Shown: piece by piece, positions 9,160 through 19,789 of the stretch
Position numbering within the stretch: the stretch's first letter is position 1
Layout: each line of letters begins with the position of its first letter
Assembly: GCA_045628965.1 (NCBI GenBank)
Contig: JAZQQI010000006.1
Coordinates: 104,271-168,270 of the forward strand
Source of the DNA: Lachnospiraceae bacterium
GTDB taxonomy: Bacteria; Bacillota; Clostridia; Lachnospirales; Lachnospiraceae
DNA length: 64,000 nucleotides
Direction of reading: 5' to 3'
Notes under the pieces: generated by a model
The model's database searches: none
The model's input: the letters and a program-made list of their open reading frames with translations, nothing else
What the model was told of the DNA's origin: nothing
Program-made: the position numbers and the translations under genes

Positions 9160-10896
9160 ATGACTAACGAGCTTAAGGCTTATTTATATTCGAAGGTAAA
9201 ACCGACTGATTCGCAGGAGACAAAAATCAACGGATTTCTCGCAAAGAAATACGGTGAAGGCTTAACGCTTACATGGGTCTGTGATGCGAACGTCGAAGAC
9301 GGCTTCAGACTCGAAGTCGGTAAGGAAGTATACGATTGGACTAAGGAAGGTCGTCTTTTCCAGTTCAAGGAAATGCTTCAGAATGTAAAGGGTCGCAAGG
9401 GAAATGACAACATTATCCCTTTGATTAAGGAAAACTTAAAAGACTGGACGCCCAAAGGTGTTCCCGTTGAATACGGAAAGGTTACGGGAATCGGTGACGG
9501 CATTGCCACCATTGAAGGCCTTGACAGTGCAACATACGGTGAAATCCTTATTTTCGAGGACGGAACAAGAGGTATGGTACTTGACCTTCGTGAAGACGAA
9601 ATCGGATGTATCGTTTTTGACGACACAGATGAAATTTCCGAAGGCAGCAAGGTAAAGAGAACCGGAAGAAGTGCGGGTATTCCTGTTTCAAACGACTTCC
9701 TCGGAAGAGTAATCAATCCTTTGGGAGTTACAATCGACGGACTCGGAGAGGTTGAGAGCGAAGAATACAGAGCAATCGAAAGTCCGGCCCCCGGAATTAT
9801 CGAAAGACAGCCTGTCAATAAGCCCATGGAAACAGGTATCCTTTGCATTGATTCAATGTTTCCCATAGGAAGAGGACAGCGTGAACTCATAATCGGTGAC
9901 AGACAGACCGGAAAAACAGCCATTGCAATCGATACAATCGTTAACCAGAAGGGTAAGGATGTAATCTGTATCTATGTTGCAATCGGACAGAAAGCCAGCC
10001 TTATTTCACAACTTGTAACTAATCTTAAAAAACATGGCGCAATGGATTACACGGTAATCGTTACGGCTTCCGCATCGGATGCTGCGCCCATTCAATATAT
10101 CGCACCGTATTCGGGATGCGCTTTGGCTGAATATTTCATGTATCAGGGCAAAGATGTACTTATTGTCTATGATGATTTGTCAAAGCATGCCATAGCTTAC
10201 AGATCTTTGAGCTTGCTTCTCGACCGTTCGCCCGGACGTGAGGCATATCCGGGTGACGTATTCTATCTTCACTCAAGACTTCTTGAGCGTGCGGCACATC
10301 TTTCCGATGAACTCGGCGGCGGATCCATTACGGCTCTTCCCGTTGTAGAGACCCAGGCGGGTGACGTTTCGGCATATATTCCGACCAATATCATTTCGAT
10401 TACAGACGGTCAGATTTTCCTTGAAAGCAATCTTTTCTTCGAAGGTCAGAGACCTGCGGTAAATGTCGGTCTTTCTGTATCCCGTGTAGGTGGTGACGCC
10501 CAGACGAAGGCAGTAAAAAAAGCCACAGGCTCTTTGAGATTGGACCTCGCTCAGTACAGAGAAATGGAAGTCTTCAATCAGTTTTCGTCAGACCTTGACG
10601 ATGCAACACAGAAGCAGCTTGTTTACGGACAGGGACTTATGTATGTTTTGAGACAGCCTCAGTACAAGCCCTATTCACAGGCAGAACAGGTTATTCTCCT
10701 TGTAATTTCCCTTAATCATTTCTTCCAGGATGTTCCTTACAAGAAGATTAATGAGGAAATCAAGAAAGTACTCGATTATTTTAAGACTCAAAATCCTGAA
10801 ATTATAGCTAACATCGAAGCTACGGGCGTTATGACTCCCGAAGACAAAGAAAAGATTATTGAGGTTTCCAAACAGTACAAAAACAGTAACAAATAA
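9160..10896 (+). CDS. atpA: F1 subunit alpha with an N-terminal delta(C-domain)-like fusion
   Basis: GDRQTGKT Walker A, PGREAYPGDVFYLHSRLLER; ~90-aa extension containing DGFRLEVGKEVYDWT. AGGA RBS precedes ATG 9160. Confidence 0.95.
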   Translation: MTNELKAYLYSKVKPTDSQETKINGFLAKKYGEGLTLTWVCDANVEDGFRLEVGKEVYDWTKEGRLFQFKEMLQNVKGRKGNDNIIPLIKENLKDWTPKGVPVEYGKVTGIGDGIATIEGLDSATYGEILIFEDGTRGMVLDLREDEIGCIVFDDTDEISEGSKVKRTGRSAGIPVSNDFLGRVINPLGVTIDGLGEVESEEYRAIESPAPGIIERQPVNKPMETGILCIDSMFPIGRGQRELIIGDRQTGKTAIAIDTIVNQKGKDVICIYVAIGQKASLISQLVTNLKKHGAMDYTVIVTASASDAAPIQYIAPYSGCALAEYFMYQGKDVLIVYDDLSKHAIAYRSLSLLLDRSPGREAYPGDVFYLHSRLLERAAHLSDELGGGSITALPVVETQAGDVSAYIPTNIISITDGQIFLESNLFFEGQRPAVNVGLSVSRVGGDAQTKAVKKATGSLRLDLAQYREMEVFNQFSSDLDDATQKQLVYGQGLMYVLRQPQYKPYSQAEQVILLVISLNHFFQDVPYKKINEEIKKVLDYFKTQNPEIIANIEATGVMTPEDKEKIIEVSKQYKNSNK

Positions 10897-10917
10897 TCCT
10901 TTATGAGGTGATTTCGT

Positions 10918-13250
<2,333 letters not shown>

Positions 13251-13267
13251 TTTATAAAGAGGTCTGT

Positions 13268-13684
13268 ATGAATACATTCAATTTACATATTCTGGCAGCC
13301 GAACGTGATTTTTTTGAGGGAGAATGTGAAAGTCTTATAGTTCCCATTACCGACGGACTGTACGGAATTCAGGCTAATCATAAGAGTATGGTTGCCGCCA
13401 TAGTTCCGGGAGAATTGACAATAACATTACCGGGAGGGGAGAAAATCGAGACTGTGGTTTCTCAAGGTGTTTTGATAGTATCATCCAATGAAGTTCGAAT
13501 TTTGGCAGATACAATCGAAACAGAAGACGAACTTGTTAAAAATGCTGAAATTCGTGCCCAAGAGGACGAAAAAGAAGCGGCACTTCAAAAAAAGAGCATA
13601 CAGGAATTTAAAAGCGCTCAGATTTGGATGGCGAGAGAAAATTCCAGATTGAAAAGACGGAACCGAAACGAAAACAGATACTAA
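13268..13684 (+). CDS. atpC: F1 subunit epsilon
   Basis: N-terminal beta-sandwich pattern (GLYGIQANH, VSQGVLIVS) with a C-terminal helix; last gene of the operon. Confidence 0.9.
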   Translation: MNTFNLHILAAERDFFEGECESLIVPITDGLYGIQANHKSMVAAIVPGELTITLPGGEKIETVVSQGVLIVSSNEVRILADTIETEDELVKNAEIRAQEDEKEAALQKKSIQEFKSAQIWMARENSRLKRRNRNENRY

Positions 13685-13717
13685 AAAAGAATGGCGATTA
13701 TTCGACATTCTTTTTTT
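13683..13717 (+). terminator. Bidirectional-type terminator after the atp operon
   Basis: AAAAAAGAATG...CATTCTTTTTTT. Confidence 0.75.
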
Positions 13718-13813
13718 GTTGTTTTGAGTTGAGATTCTACTAAACCGAAGAAATATCTTCAAATAGTAGAAGAAATCCGTCAAAACGCAGGTAACTAAAA
13801 TACTTCACTACAA

Positions 13814-13861
13814 ATATTCAAGTATTACTTGAATATGAACTTCAACTTCAAACTGCTGTAA
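13814..13861 (+). promoter_or_regulatory. Palindromic operator, copy 1 (ATATTCAAGTA-T-TACTTGAATAT) within a duplicated leader
   Basis: Perfect 11-1-11 inverted repeat at 13814-13836; 13816-13861 matches 15901-15946 at 40/46 nt. Confidence 0.8.
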
Positions 13862-13911
13862 CTATGGTGCTTCATAGAATATTATTGAAACAACGAAAGG
13901 AGAACAAACAA

Positions 13912-14517
13912 ATGGCAAATTTGAATACATGGTATCCGACAATCGAAGTTGAATCTGCAAAGGGAATAAGAGAAGTATCGTTAAATACGAGGCATTTGAT
14001 GAACAGATGCATTTTCCTTACGGGAGAAATTGATGCGGAGACAGCAGGAAATTTCCTCTCGGAATTGCTCTTCTTGGAAAATGAGTCCGAAGAACCGGTA
14101 ACAATATATATTAACAGCCCCGGCGGCGAAGTTGATGCAGGCCTCTTGATATACGATGCCATACAGGGGAGCAGACTTGAAATCAACACTGTATGCACAG
14201 GAAGGGCAGCGAGCATGGCGGCGTTAATATTCGCTTCGGGACGAAGAGGACGAAGATACATAATGAAACACAGTAAGGTAATGATACACGAACCGCTTAT
14301 TGCGAACGGATTCGGCGGCTCGGCATCTTCGATAAAGAACATAGCCGACAGCATATTGGAAACAAGAGAGGTGGTAAACGGAATACTTGCTGAACTTACC
14401 GGCAGAACAATCGAAGAAATAAATGAAGCGACGGTTTACGACAATCTGATGAATGCCGACGAAGCAATAGAATTCGGAATGTGCGATAAGGTAACGGATA
14501 CAATAAAGATTAAATGA
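13912..14517 (+). CDS. clpP: ClpP-family serine protease subunit (atypical, accessory copy)
   Basis: IYINSPGG, AASMAA (Ser), VMIHEP (His), YDNLMNADEA (Asp). GAAAGGAG RBS before ATG 13912. Confidence 0.9.
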   Translation: MANLNTWYPTIEVESAKGIREVSLNTRHLMNRCIFLTGEIDAETAGNFLSELLFLENESEEPVTIYINSPGGEVDAGLLIYDAIQGSRLEINTVCTGRAASMAALIFASGRRGRRYIMKHSKVMIHEPLIANGFGGSASSIKNIADSILETREVVNGILAELTGRTIEEINEATVYDNLMNADEAIEFGMCDKVTDTIKIK

Positions 14518-14530
14518 AGGGGGGATAAAA

Positions 14531-15805
14531 ATGGAAAAGAATACGATGATTTTGGGACAGGATGTTTCTTTCAGCCTCGATTGCAGGCAAACGAGACTTA
14601 ACAATAATGTTTTGGTTGTGGGAACATCGGGCGCGGGAAAAACGAGAAGCATAGTAACACCGAATCTTCTACAGGCGAGCGGAAGTTACGTAATTTCCGA
14701 CCCGAAAGGTACTCTTTATAAAAAATACAAAGCCTATCTTGAAGGCAAAGGATACACGGTCAAAAAGCTGGATTTTACAGATCCGAAAAATTCTTCTCAT
14801 TATAACTTCTTTGAATATATAAAATCCACTCAGGATATCATGAAGACTGCTCATATACTGACATACAGCAGCGAGATGAGCGGCACAAACGAAATGTTTT
14901 GGCAGGAATCCACTCAACTTCTTTTGCAGGCGGTAATGGCACTTTTGATAGAGCAGGATAATAAAAAATTACAAAATCTTCGGTATATGATGGATTTAAT
15001 CTCCAGATGCCAAATAAATGAGAATGACAGTTCGTCTGCGACACAGTTGGATTTATTGATGAAAGCTATGAAAAATAAAAATACAGACAGCTACGCGGCC
15101 AAAACTTACGAAAAATTCCGAATTGCGGCGGGCAGAACGTTAAAATCGATTCTTATATCGGCTTTTGCAACTCTTGGAAATTATGATACGCCGGAAATAA
15201 ATGCGATGACGGAATATGACGATATAGATATTCCTTCGCTGGGAAAACAAAAGACGGCAATCTTTGTAATAGTAAGCGATACGGAACGATCGATGGACGG
15301 TCTTGTCAACATATTTTACACGCAGACGATGAATGAACTTTGCAGATATGCGGATAAAGAATGCGAAGACGGCTGCCTTCCGATACCGGTGAGGTTTATA
15401 ATGGATGATTTCGCGACAAACTGCAAAATAGAAGAATTCCCGAGAATGATATCATCCATAAGGTCGCGAGGAATATCGACAATGCTTATGATTCAGGCTG
15501 AATCGCAACTTGCAAAGTGCTACGGATATGATGGCAAAACCATAATCGGAAACTGTGATACATACGTATATATGGGCGGCAACGACATTGAGACGGCGGC
15601 CTCTGTGGCGGAAAGATGCGATGTGCCGATGAAGAAAATCTTATACATGCCGGTAGGGACTGTTTGGATATTCAGGCGCGGACAAAATCCGATACAAACT
15701 TTGAACTTCGATATAGATACTTACCTTGCCGAAAAAGGTCTGAACGAAAATAAAGTAACAGAGATTGTTTGTGAAAACAGTATTTTGGAAGAGGAGCCGA
15801 GATAA
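14531..15805 (+). CDS. VirD4/TraG-like coupling-protein-family ATPase lacking the N-terminal membrane anchor
   Basis: NNVLVVGTSGAGKT, VISDPKG, PVRFIMDDF, ISSIRSRGIS, IQAESQL and IIGNCDTYVYMG; no hydrophobic N-terminal helices. Confidence 0.85.
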   Translation: MEKNTMILGQDVSFSLDCRQTRLNNNVLVVGTSGAGKTRSIVTPNLLQASGSYVISDPKGTLYKKYKAYLEGKGYTVKKLDFTDPKNSSHYNFFEYIKSTQDIMKTAHILTYSSEMSGTNEMFWQESTQLLLQAVMALLIEQDNKKLQNLRYMMDLISRCQINENDSSSATQLDLLMKAMKNKNTDSYAAKTYEKFRIAAGRTLKSILISAFATLGNYDTPEINAMTEYDDIDIPSLGKQKTAIFVIVSDTERSMDGLVNIFYTQTMNELCRYADKECEDGCLPIPVRFIMDDFATNCKIEEFPRMISSIRSRGISTMLMIQAESQLAKCYGYDGKTIIGNCDTYVYMGGNDIETAASVAERCDVPMKKILYMPVGTVWIFRRGQNPIQTLNFDIDTYLAEKGLNENKVTEIVCENSILEEEPR

Positions 15806-15900
15806 TAAAAATTGACGCAAATCACGGTGAAGTGATAAACTGTTTTTGGATAAATGACAGAAGTCAAAACAGTTGAATGTAACGTATGTATTTATCTGCA

Positions 15901-15946
15901 ATTCAAGTAATACTTGAATATAAACTTCAACCTATGACTGCTGTAA
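15901..15946 (+). promoter_or_regulatory. Palindromic operator, copy 2 (ATTCAAGTA-A-TACTTGAAT) within a duplicated leader
   Basis: Perfect 9-1-9 inverted repeat at 15901-15919; starts 96 nt before ATG 15997, the same offset as copy 1. Confidence 0.8.
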
Positions 15947-15996
15947 TCTATACGGCAAGGTCGATATACTTGAGTTGTAGAAAGGAAGTGATACGA

Positions 15997-16827
15997 ATGA
16001 GCATAGGAACAAAGATAGCAGAAAGAAGAAAAGAATTGAAAATGAGCCAGCAGGATCTGGCCGAAAAAGTCGGAGTTTCTTTCCAGGCGGTAAGCTTGTG
16101 GGAGAGAGACGAGTGCCTTCCTGAGACGGAAAGGTTACTGGAGATAGCCAAAGTGTTAAGCACTAAGGTTTCATGGATTCTGGAAGAAGAAGGTGCAGAG
16201 CCGAATCGATGGGAATTAAAAGATGCGATGTTCTCGATAGAAAATATGGAGAAGAAGGTTCGCGAGTATGCCAGAGCAAAGGGGATGAGCGAATCATTAA
16301 AGGCCTTGAAAATCGCAAAGACAAAGCATGAAGGCCAAGTCAGAAGCGGAAAAGACAAGGTTCCGTACATAATTCACCCTCTGATGCTCGCCTGCCACGC
16401 AATCGCACTGAAGGTTGACAATGATAACCTGATTGCGGTATGCCTGCTTCACGATGTCGTCGAAGACTGCGATGTAACGCTCGACGAACTCGATGTAAAC
16501 GATGAGATAAAAGAAGCGGTCGGACTTCTGACCTTCAGGGTAATCGAAGGAAAAACCAAAGAAGAATCAAAGGCGGTTTACTACGATAAAATCAAGAAAA
16601 ACAAAACGGCCTGCATGGTCAAAGTGCTCGACCGGTGCAACAATATCTCCTCGATGGCAACAAGCTTCTCAAAAGCCAAAATCGCATCCTACATAGATGA
16701 AACCGAGAAGTACGTAATGCCGCTTCTGGATGTAATCAAACATGAATACGATGACTACTACGAAGCAGCGTTCCTTGTGAAATACCAAATGAGGAGTATA
16801 CTCGAATCACTGAAAAGACTTGTGTAA
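15997..16827 (+). CDS. XRE-family HTH fused to a RelA/SpoT-type HD hydrolase (small alarmone hydrolase/Mesh1-like)
   Basis: IAERRKELKMSQQDLAEKVGVSFQAVSLWE (XRE HTH); HEGQVRSG, PYIIHP, LLHDVVED and KVLDRCNN (hydrolase motifs). RBS favours ATG 15997. Confidence 0.9.
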   Translation: MSIGTKIAERRKELKMSQQDLAEKVGVSFQAVSLWERDECLPETERLLEIAKVLSTKVSWILEEEGAEPNRWELKDAMFSIENMEKKVREYARAKGMSESLKALKIAKTKHEGQVRSGKDKVPYIIHPLMLACHAIALKVDNDNLIAVCLLHDVVEDCDVTLDELDVNDEIKEAVGLLTFRVIEGKTKEESKAVYYDKIKKNKTACMVKVLDRCNNISSMATSFSKAKIASYIDETEKYVMPLLDVIKHEYDDYYEAAFLVKYQMRSILESLKRLV

Positions 16828-16848
16828 AAAGGTATACGATGAATAAAG

Positions 16849-16884
16849 AAGCAACTCAAACGATGAAGTTTGAGTTGCTTTTTT
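16849..16884. terminator. Terminator between the convergent HD-hydrolase and alarmone-synthetase genes
   Basis: AAGCAACTCAAAC-GATGAA-GTTTGAGTTGCTT, with A/T runs on the flanks. Confidence 0.8.
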
Positions 16885-17662
16885 ACCCTTCAAGAGTTCT
16901 GTTCATGTTTTCCATTTTTGCTTCTGCTTTATAAATAAGCATGCTGCATTCTTTAAGCTCCTTGTCGAAATTTGAGGTATTCTCAGAATATAATGATTTG
17001 TATTTTATGTCATGTTCGAGACTTGCCCAAAGGTCCATAGCAAGTGTTCGAATCTGAAGTTCGACGGGGACATACTGCTTTTTGTTCATGAAATAAATGG
17101 GAACGCGGATTGTCATGTGAAGACTTCTGTACCCGTTTTTCTTCGGCTCTTCTATATAGTCTTTAATTCGCATTACCTGCAAATCGTCTTGGGCAAGAAT
17201 TCGGTCACGTATGAGATAAACATCCTTTATATAAGGACAGACAACTCTTATTCCGGCAATGTCGTAGATGTTATTGCATGCGGAATTAAGAGTGAGCTCG
17301 AGATTCTTTTTTTGAAGCTTTCCCAAAATGCTTTTGGCTGATTTGAGCCTTGTATCGATGTGATGAATGGGACTTCGAAGCTTTCTGAATTCAAATTCGT
17401 CCTGAATGATTTCAAGACGGGATTTTGCTTCGCTCATTGCCGAGTTATACATAAGAAGAATCGGGTCGATTGTCTGTGAGAAGATTTCGTCCATATCGAC
17501 CAAATCTTCCATGTTTCCGTGTGTTCCTGAAGCGGGGACGATACTGTAAATTTCAATTGTATCATCGGACGTTAACTCGATGGCCTCTTCGGCTTCATCG
17601 GATATTATTTCTATTTGTTTTGTTTCTTTGTAAACTGTTTTTTCTTTCTTTTTAAAATTCAA
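16883..17662 (-). CDS. Small alarmone synthetase (RelP/RelQ-like GTP pyrophosphokinase)
   Basis: RLKSAKSILGK, DIAGIRVV, KDYIEEPKKNGYRSLH and ELQIRTLAMDLWASLEHDIKYK. TTG at 17662 chosen from GAGG spacing; the start is uncertain. Confidence 0.92.
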   Translation of the reverse strand: MNFKKKEKTVYKETKQIEIISDEAEEAIELTSDDTIEIYSIVPASGTHGNMEDLVDMDEIFSQTIDPILLMYNSAMSEAKSRLEIIQDEFEFRKLRSPIHHIDTRLKSAKSILGKLQKKNLELTLNSACNNIYDIAGIRVVCPYIKDVYLIRDRILAQDDLQVMRIKDYIEEPKKNGYRSLHMTIRVPIYFMNKKQYVPVELQIRTLAMDLWASLEHDIKYKSLYSENTSNFDKELKECSMLIYKAEAKMENMNRTLEG

Positions 17663-17693
17663 AATAACTAACCTCACAAATCAAGATATCGAT

Positions 17694-17722
17694 ATGATAG
17701 CACATATTGTTAGCACTCACAA
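17694..17722 (-). promoter_or_regulatory. SigA-type promoter for the alarmone synthetase
   Basis: Minus strand TTGTGA (17722-17717), 17 nt, TG-extended TATCAT (17699-17694). Confidence 0.6.
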
Positions 17723-17736
17723 TAGACGAGTGCTAA
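17710..17736. promoter_or_regulatory. CIRCE element (HrcA operator)
   Basis: Exact TTAGCACTC-N9-GAGTGCTAA. Confidence 0.92.
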
Positions 17737-17773
17737 AATTTACAAATTGTTCATATGTTTTTCGGGAGAAGAG

Positions 17774-17838
17774 TGCGTAAAATGTTTCCTAAAATGCGTA
17801 ATTTAACCTTTATTAAAAAAAAATTCATATGTTATAAT
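17774..17838 (+). promoter_or_regulatory. TGCGTAA-N14-TGCGTAA direct repeat plus extended -10, upstream of the EAL gene
   Basis: Repeats at 17774 and 17795; TGTTATAAT with -10 at 17833. Confidence 0.65.
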
Positions 17839-17876
17839 ATATTAAGTAGTGTAATAATATATTGGCGGGTGAATGT

Positions 17877-19745
17877 ATGAATATTCAGGTTCAGCTTTGC
17901 GGACTGATTGTCATATTTTTAATAATGCTTTTCTATTACGGAAATAAGAAAATAGGCCTTTTTACGGAGGCTGTTTTTACTCGTGCTCTGAGCGGTTCTT
18001 TTATCTGTCTATGTCTTGACATTCTGTCGGTTGTAATGATTGTTTACAGTGCAACGATTCCGGATTTTTGGGTAAAAGTTGTTTGTAAAGCGTACCTTGT
18101 GTCTCTTCTTTGGATGGGTTTTGCAGGATTTGATTATGAGATGACAGAACTTGTTACTGAGGCGAGATACCATAGACTGATTCGTATTTTTATGCTTCTC
18201 GGTGCAATTGAGTCGCTTGTTATTTTTCTTGCTCCGATCAATTATTTCCTCGACGGAGAGGTTGTTTACAGCTACGGACTCAGTACAACGCTCACTTATA
18301 TTTTCACGCTTATCTATATTTTATGCACGGTAGTTATTCTTTTTGTTCAAAGAAAAGTTATAAACAGCAGAAGACGTACCGCTACAACCATTTGGATGAT
18401 ACTTTGGTTTTCGTCAGCACTGACTCAGTTCTTCTTTAACGAACTTCTTCTTGTCGGCTTTGCGATTTCCATGGGAATGCTTACGATTTTTATTATGCTG
18501 GAGAACCCCGAGGCAATGCAGGACAGACGTATCGGATGCTTTAACTCGCATGCGCTTTTGATGTTTTTAAAGCAGACATACGAAAGAAAAGAGTCTTACG
18601 GTGTAATGGATATTCTTATCGAGTCGGCTGATTCGGAGAATGATTCCATGATAAAATCCGATGTTGTATTTGCCGCAGTATTTGAATATTTTGAAAATAG
18701 GAAGGGATATTCCGTATTTAAAAATGTTGATGATGAACTTTTGATTTTCACAAAGAGAAAAGACAATCTTAAAATCGAAAAAGAATTTGAAGATTTTTAC
18801 AATAAAAAAATCGCATCGAAGTACAATACTGACGTCAAAATAATAGTGCTTGACGATACCAATAAGGTTAAAAATTATGATGACCTTTTTGCAATATTGA
18901 AGATGTCTGCGATAAATGTTTCGGCTCAAAGCGAGTATGCGCGTTTTACTTTGGGAGAAGAGGCCGTAAATAAATATTACAGATATCACGAAGTTGTAAA
19001 AGAGATAGAACTTGCTCTTTCGGAAGATCGTGTGGAGGTGTTTTATCAGCCGATTTATTCGAATGCGAAAGAAAGATATGTTTCGTGTGAAGCCCTTGCG
19101 AGAATCAGAAGAAAGGACGGAACGCTTCTTTCGCCGGGAGAGTTTATTCCGGTTGCGGAGGACTCGGGTCTTATAGTTCAACTTGGAGAAAGAGTATTCA
19201 CTAAAGTTTGCCAATTCCTGAATATTAATCAGAATATAAAAAACATGTTGGATTATGTTGAAGTAAACCTTTCTGTGGCGCAGTTCGAAGAAGATAATCT
19301 CGCTGATAAGTTCATTAGAATTATGCAGAAATATGATATCGAACCTCATAAAATCAACCTTGAGATTACAGAAACGGCTTCGATTCAGACCAAAAAGATG
19401 CTTCTTGAAAATATGAACAGGTTTATCGATTACGGAGTAAAGTTTTCGCTTGATGATTTCGGTAAGGGCGAATCAAATCTTATGTACGTTGTGGAAATGC
19501 CTGTTTCCATTGTTAAGTTGGATATGGATATGACTAAGGCATATTTCGTTGAGCCTAAGGCAAAATGTGTTGTGGCAGCTACGGTAAGAATGGCACATGA
19601 ACTCGGTCTACATGTTGTAGCAGAGGGAGTTGAAGACAAAGACGAACTTTCCGCCATGAGAGAAGAAAAAATAGATTTCATTCAGGGTTATTATTTCTCA
19701 AAACCGGTAAAAGAATCGGATTTCATAAAAATGCTTACATTATAA
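17877..19745 (+). CDS. Membrane-bound EAL-domain c-di-GMP phosphodiesterase (multi-TM N-terminus, degenerate GGDEF)
   Basis: About seven N-terminal TM segments; YQPIY, CEALARI, NLSVAQF, LEITE, LDDFGKG and AEGVE. Confidence 0.9.
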   Translation: MNIQVQLCGLIVIFLIMLFYYGNKKIGLFTEAVFTRALSGSFICLCLDILSVVMIVYSATIPDFWVKVVCKAYLVSLLWMGFAGFDYEMTELVTEARYHRLIRIFMLLGAIESLVIFLAPINYFLDGEVVYSYGLSTTLTYIFTLIYILCTVVILFVQRKVINSRRRTATTIWMILWFSSALTQFFFNELLLVGFAISMGMLTIFIMLENPEAMQDRRIGCFNSHALLMFLKQTYERKESYGVMDILIESADSENDSMIKSDVVFAAVFEYFENRKGYSVFKNVDDELLIFTKRKDNLKIEKEFEDFYNKKIASKYNTDVKIIVLDDTNKVKNYDDLFAILKMSAINVSAQSEYARFTLGEEAVNKYYRYHEVVKEIELALSEDRVEVFYQPIYSNAKERYVSCEALARIRRKDGTLLSPGEFIPVAEDSGLIVQLGERVFTKVCQFLNINQNIKNMLDYVEVNLSVAQFEEDNLADKFIRIMQKYDIEPHKINLEITETASIQTKKMLLENMNRFIDYGVKFSLDDFGKGESNLMYVVEMPVSIVKLDMDMTKAYFVEPKAKCVVAATVRMAHELGLHVVAEGVEDKDELSAMREEKIDFIQGYYFSKPVKESDFIKMLTL

Positions 19746-19764
19746 AAAATTATATTCATAAAAA

Positions 19765-19789
19765 AATCGTTCCGCCAAGCGGAACGATT
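19765..19789. repeat. Left 25-bp target-site duplication (palindromic terminator) of the IS
   Basis: AATCGTTCCGCCAAGCGGAACGATT, identical to 21405-21429. Confidence 0.85.

Noticed and set aside
14531-15805. VirD4-like gene as evidence of an ICE or conjugative element
   Set aside because: No relaxase, VirB4, integrase or att-like repeats were seen, and the protein lacks the membrane anchor.
16883-17662. SAS as a toxSAS toxin with the HD protein as its antitoxin
   Set aside because: The sequence looks like a housekeeping RelP/RelQ type, has its own promoter and is convergent rather than co-operonic; kept only as a weaker adjacency finding.
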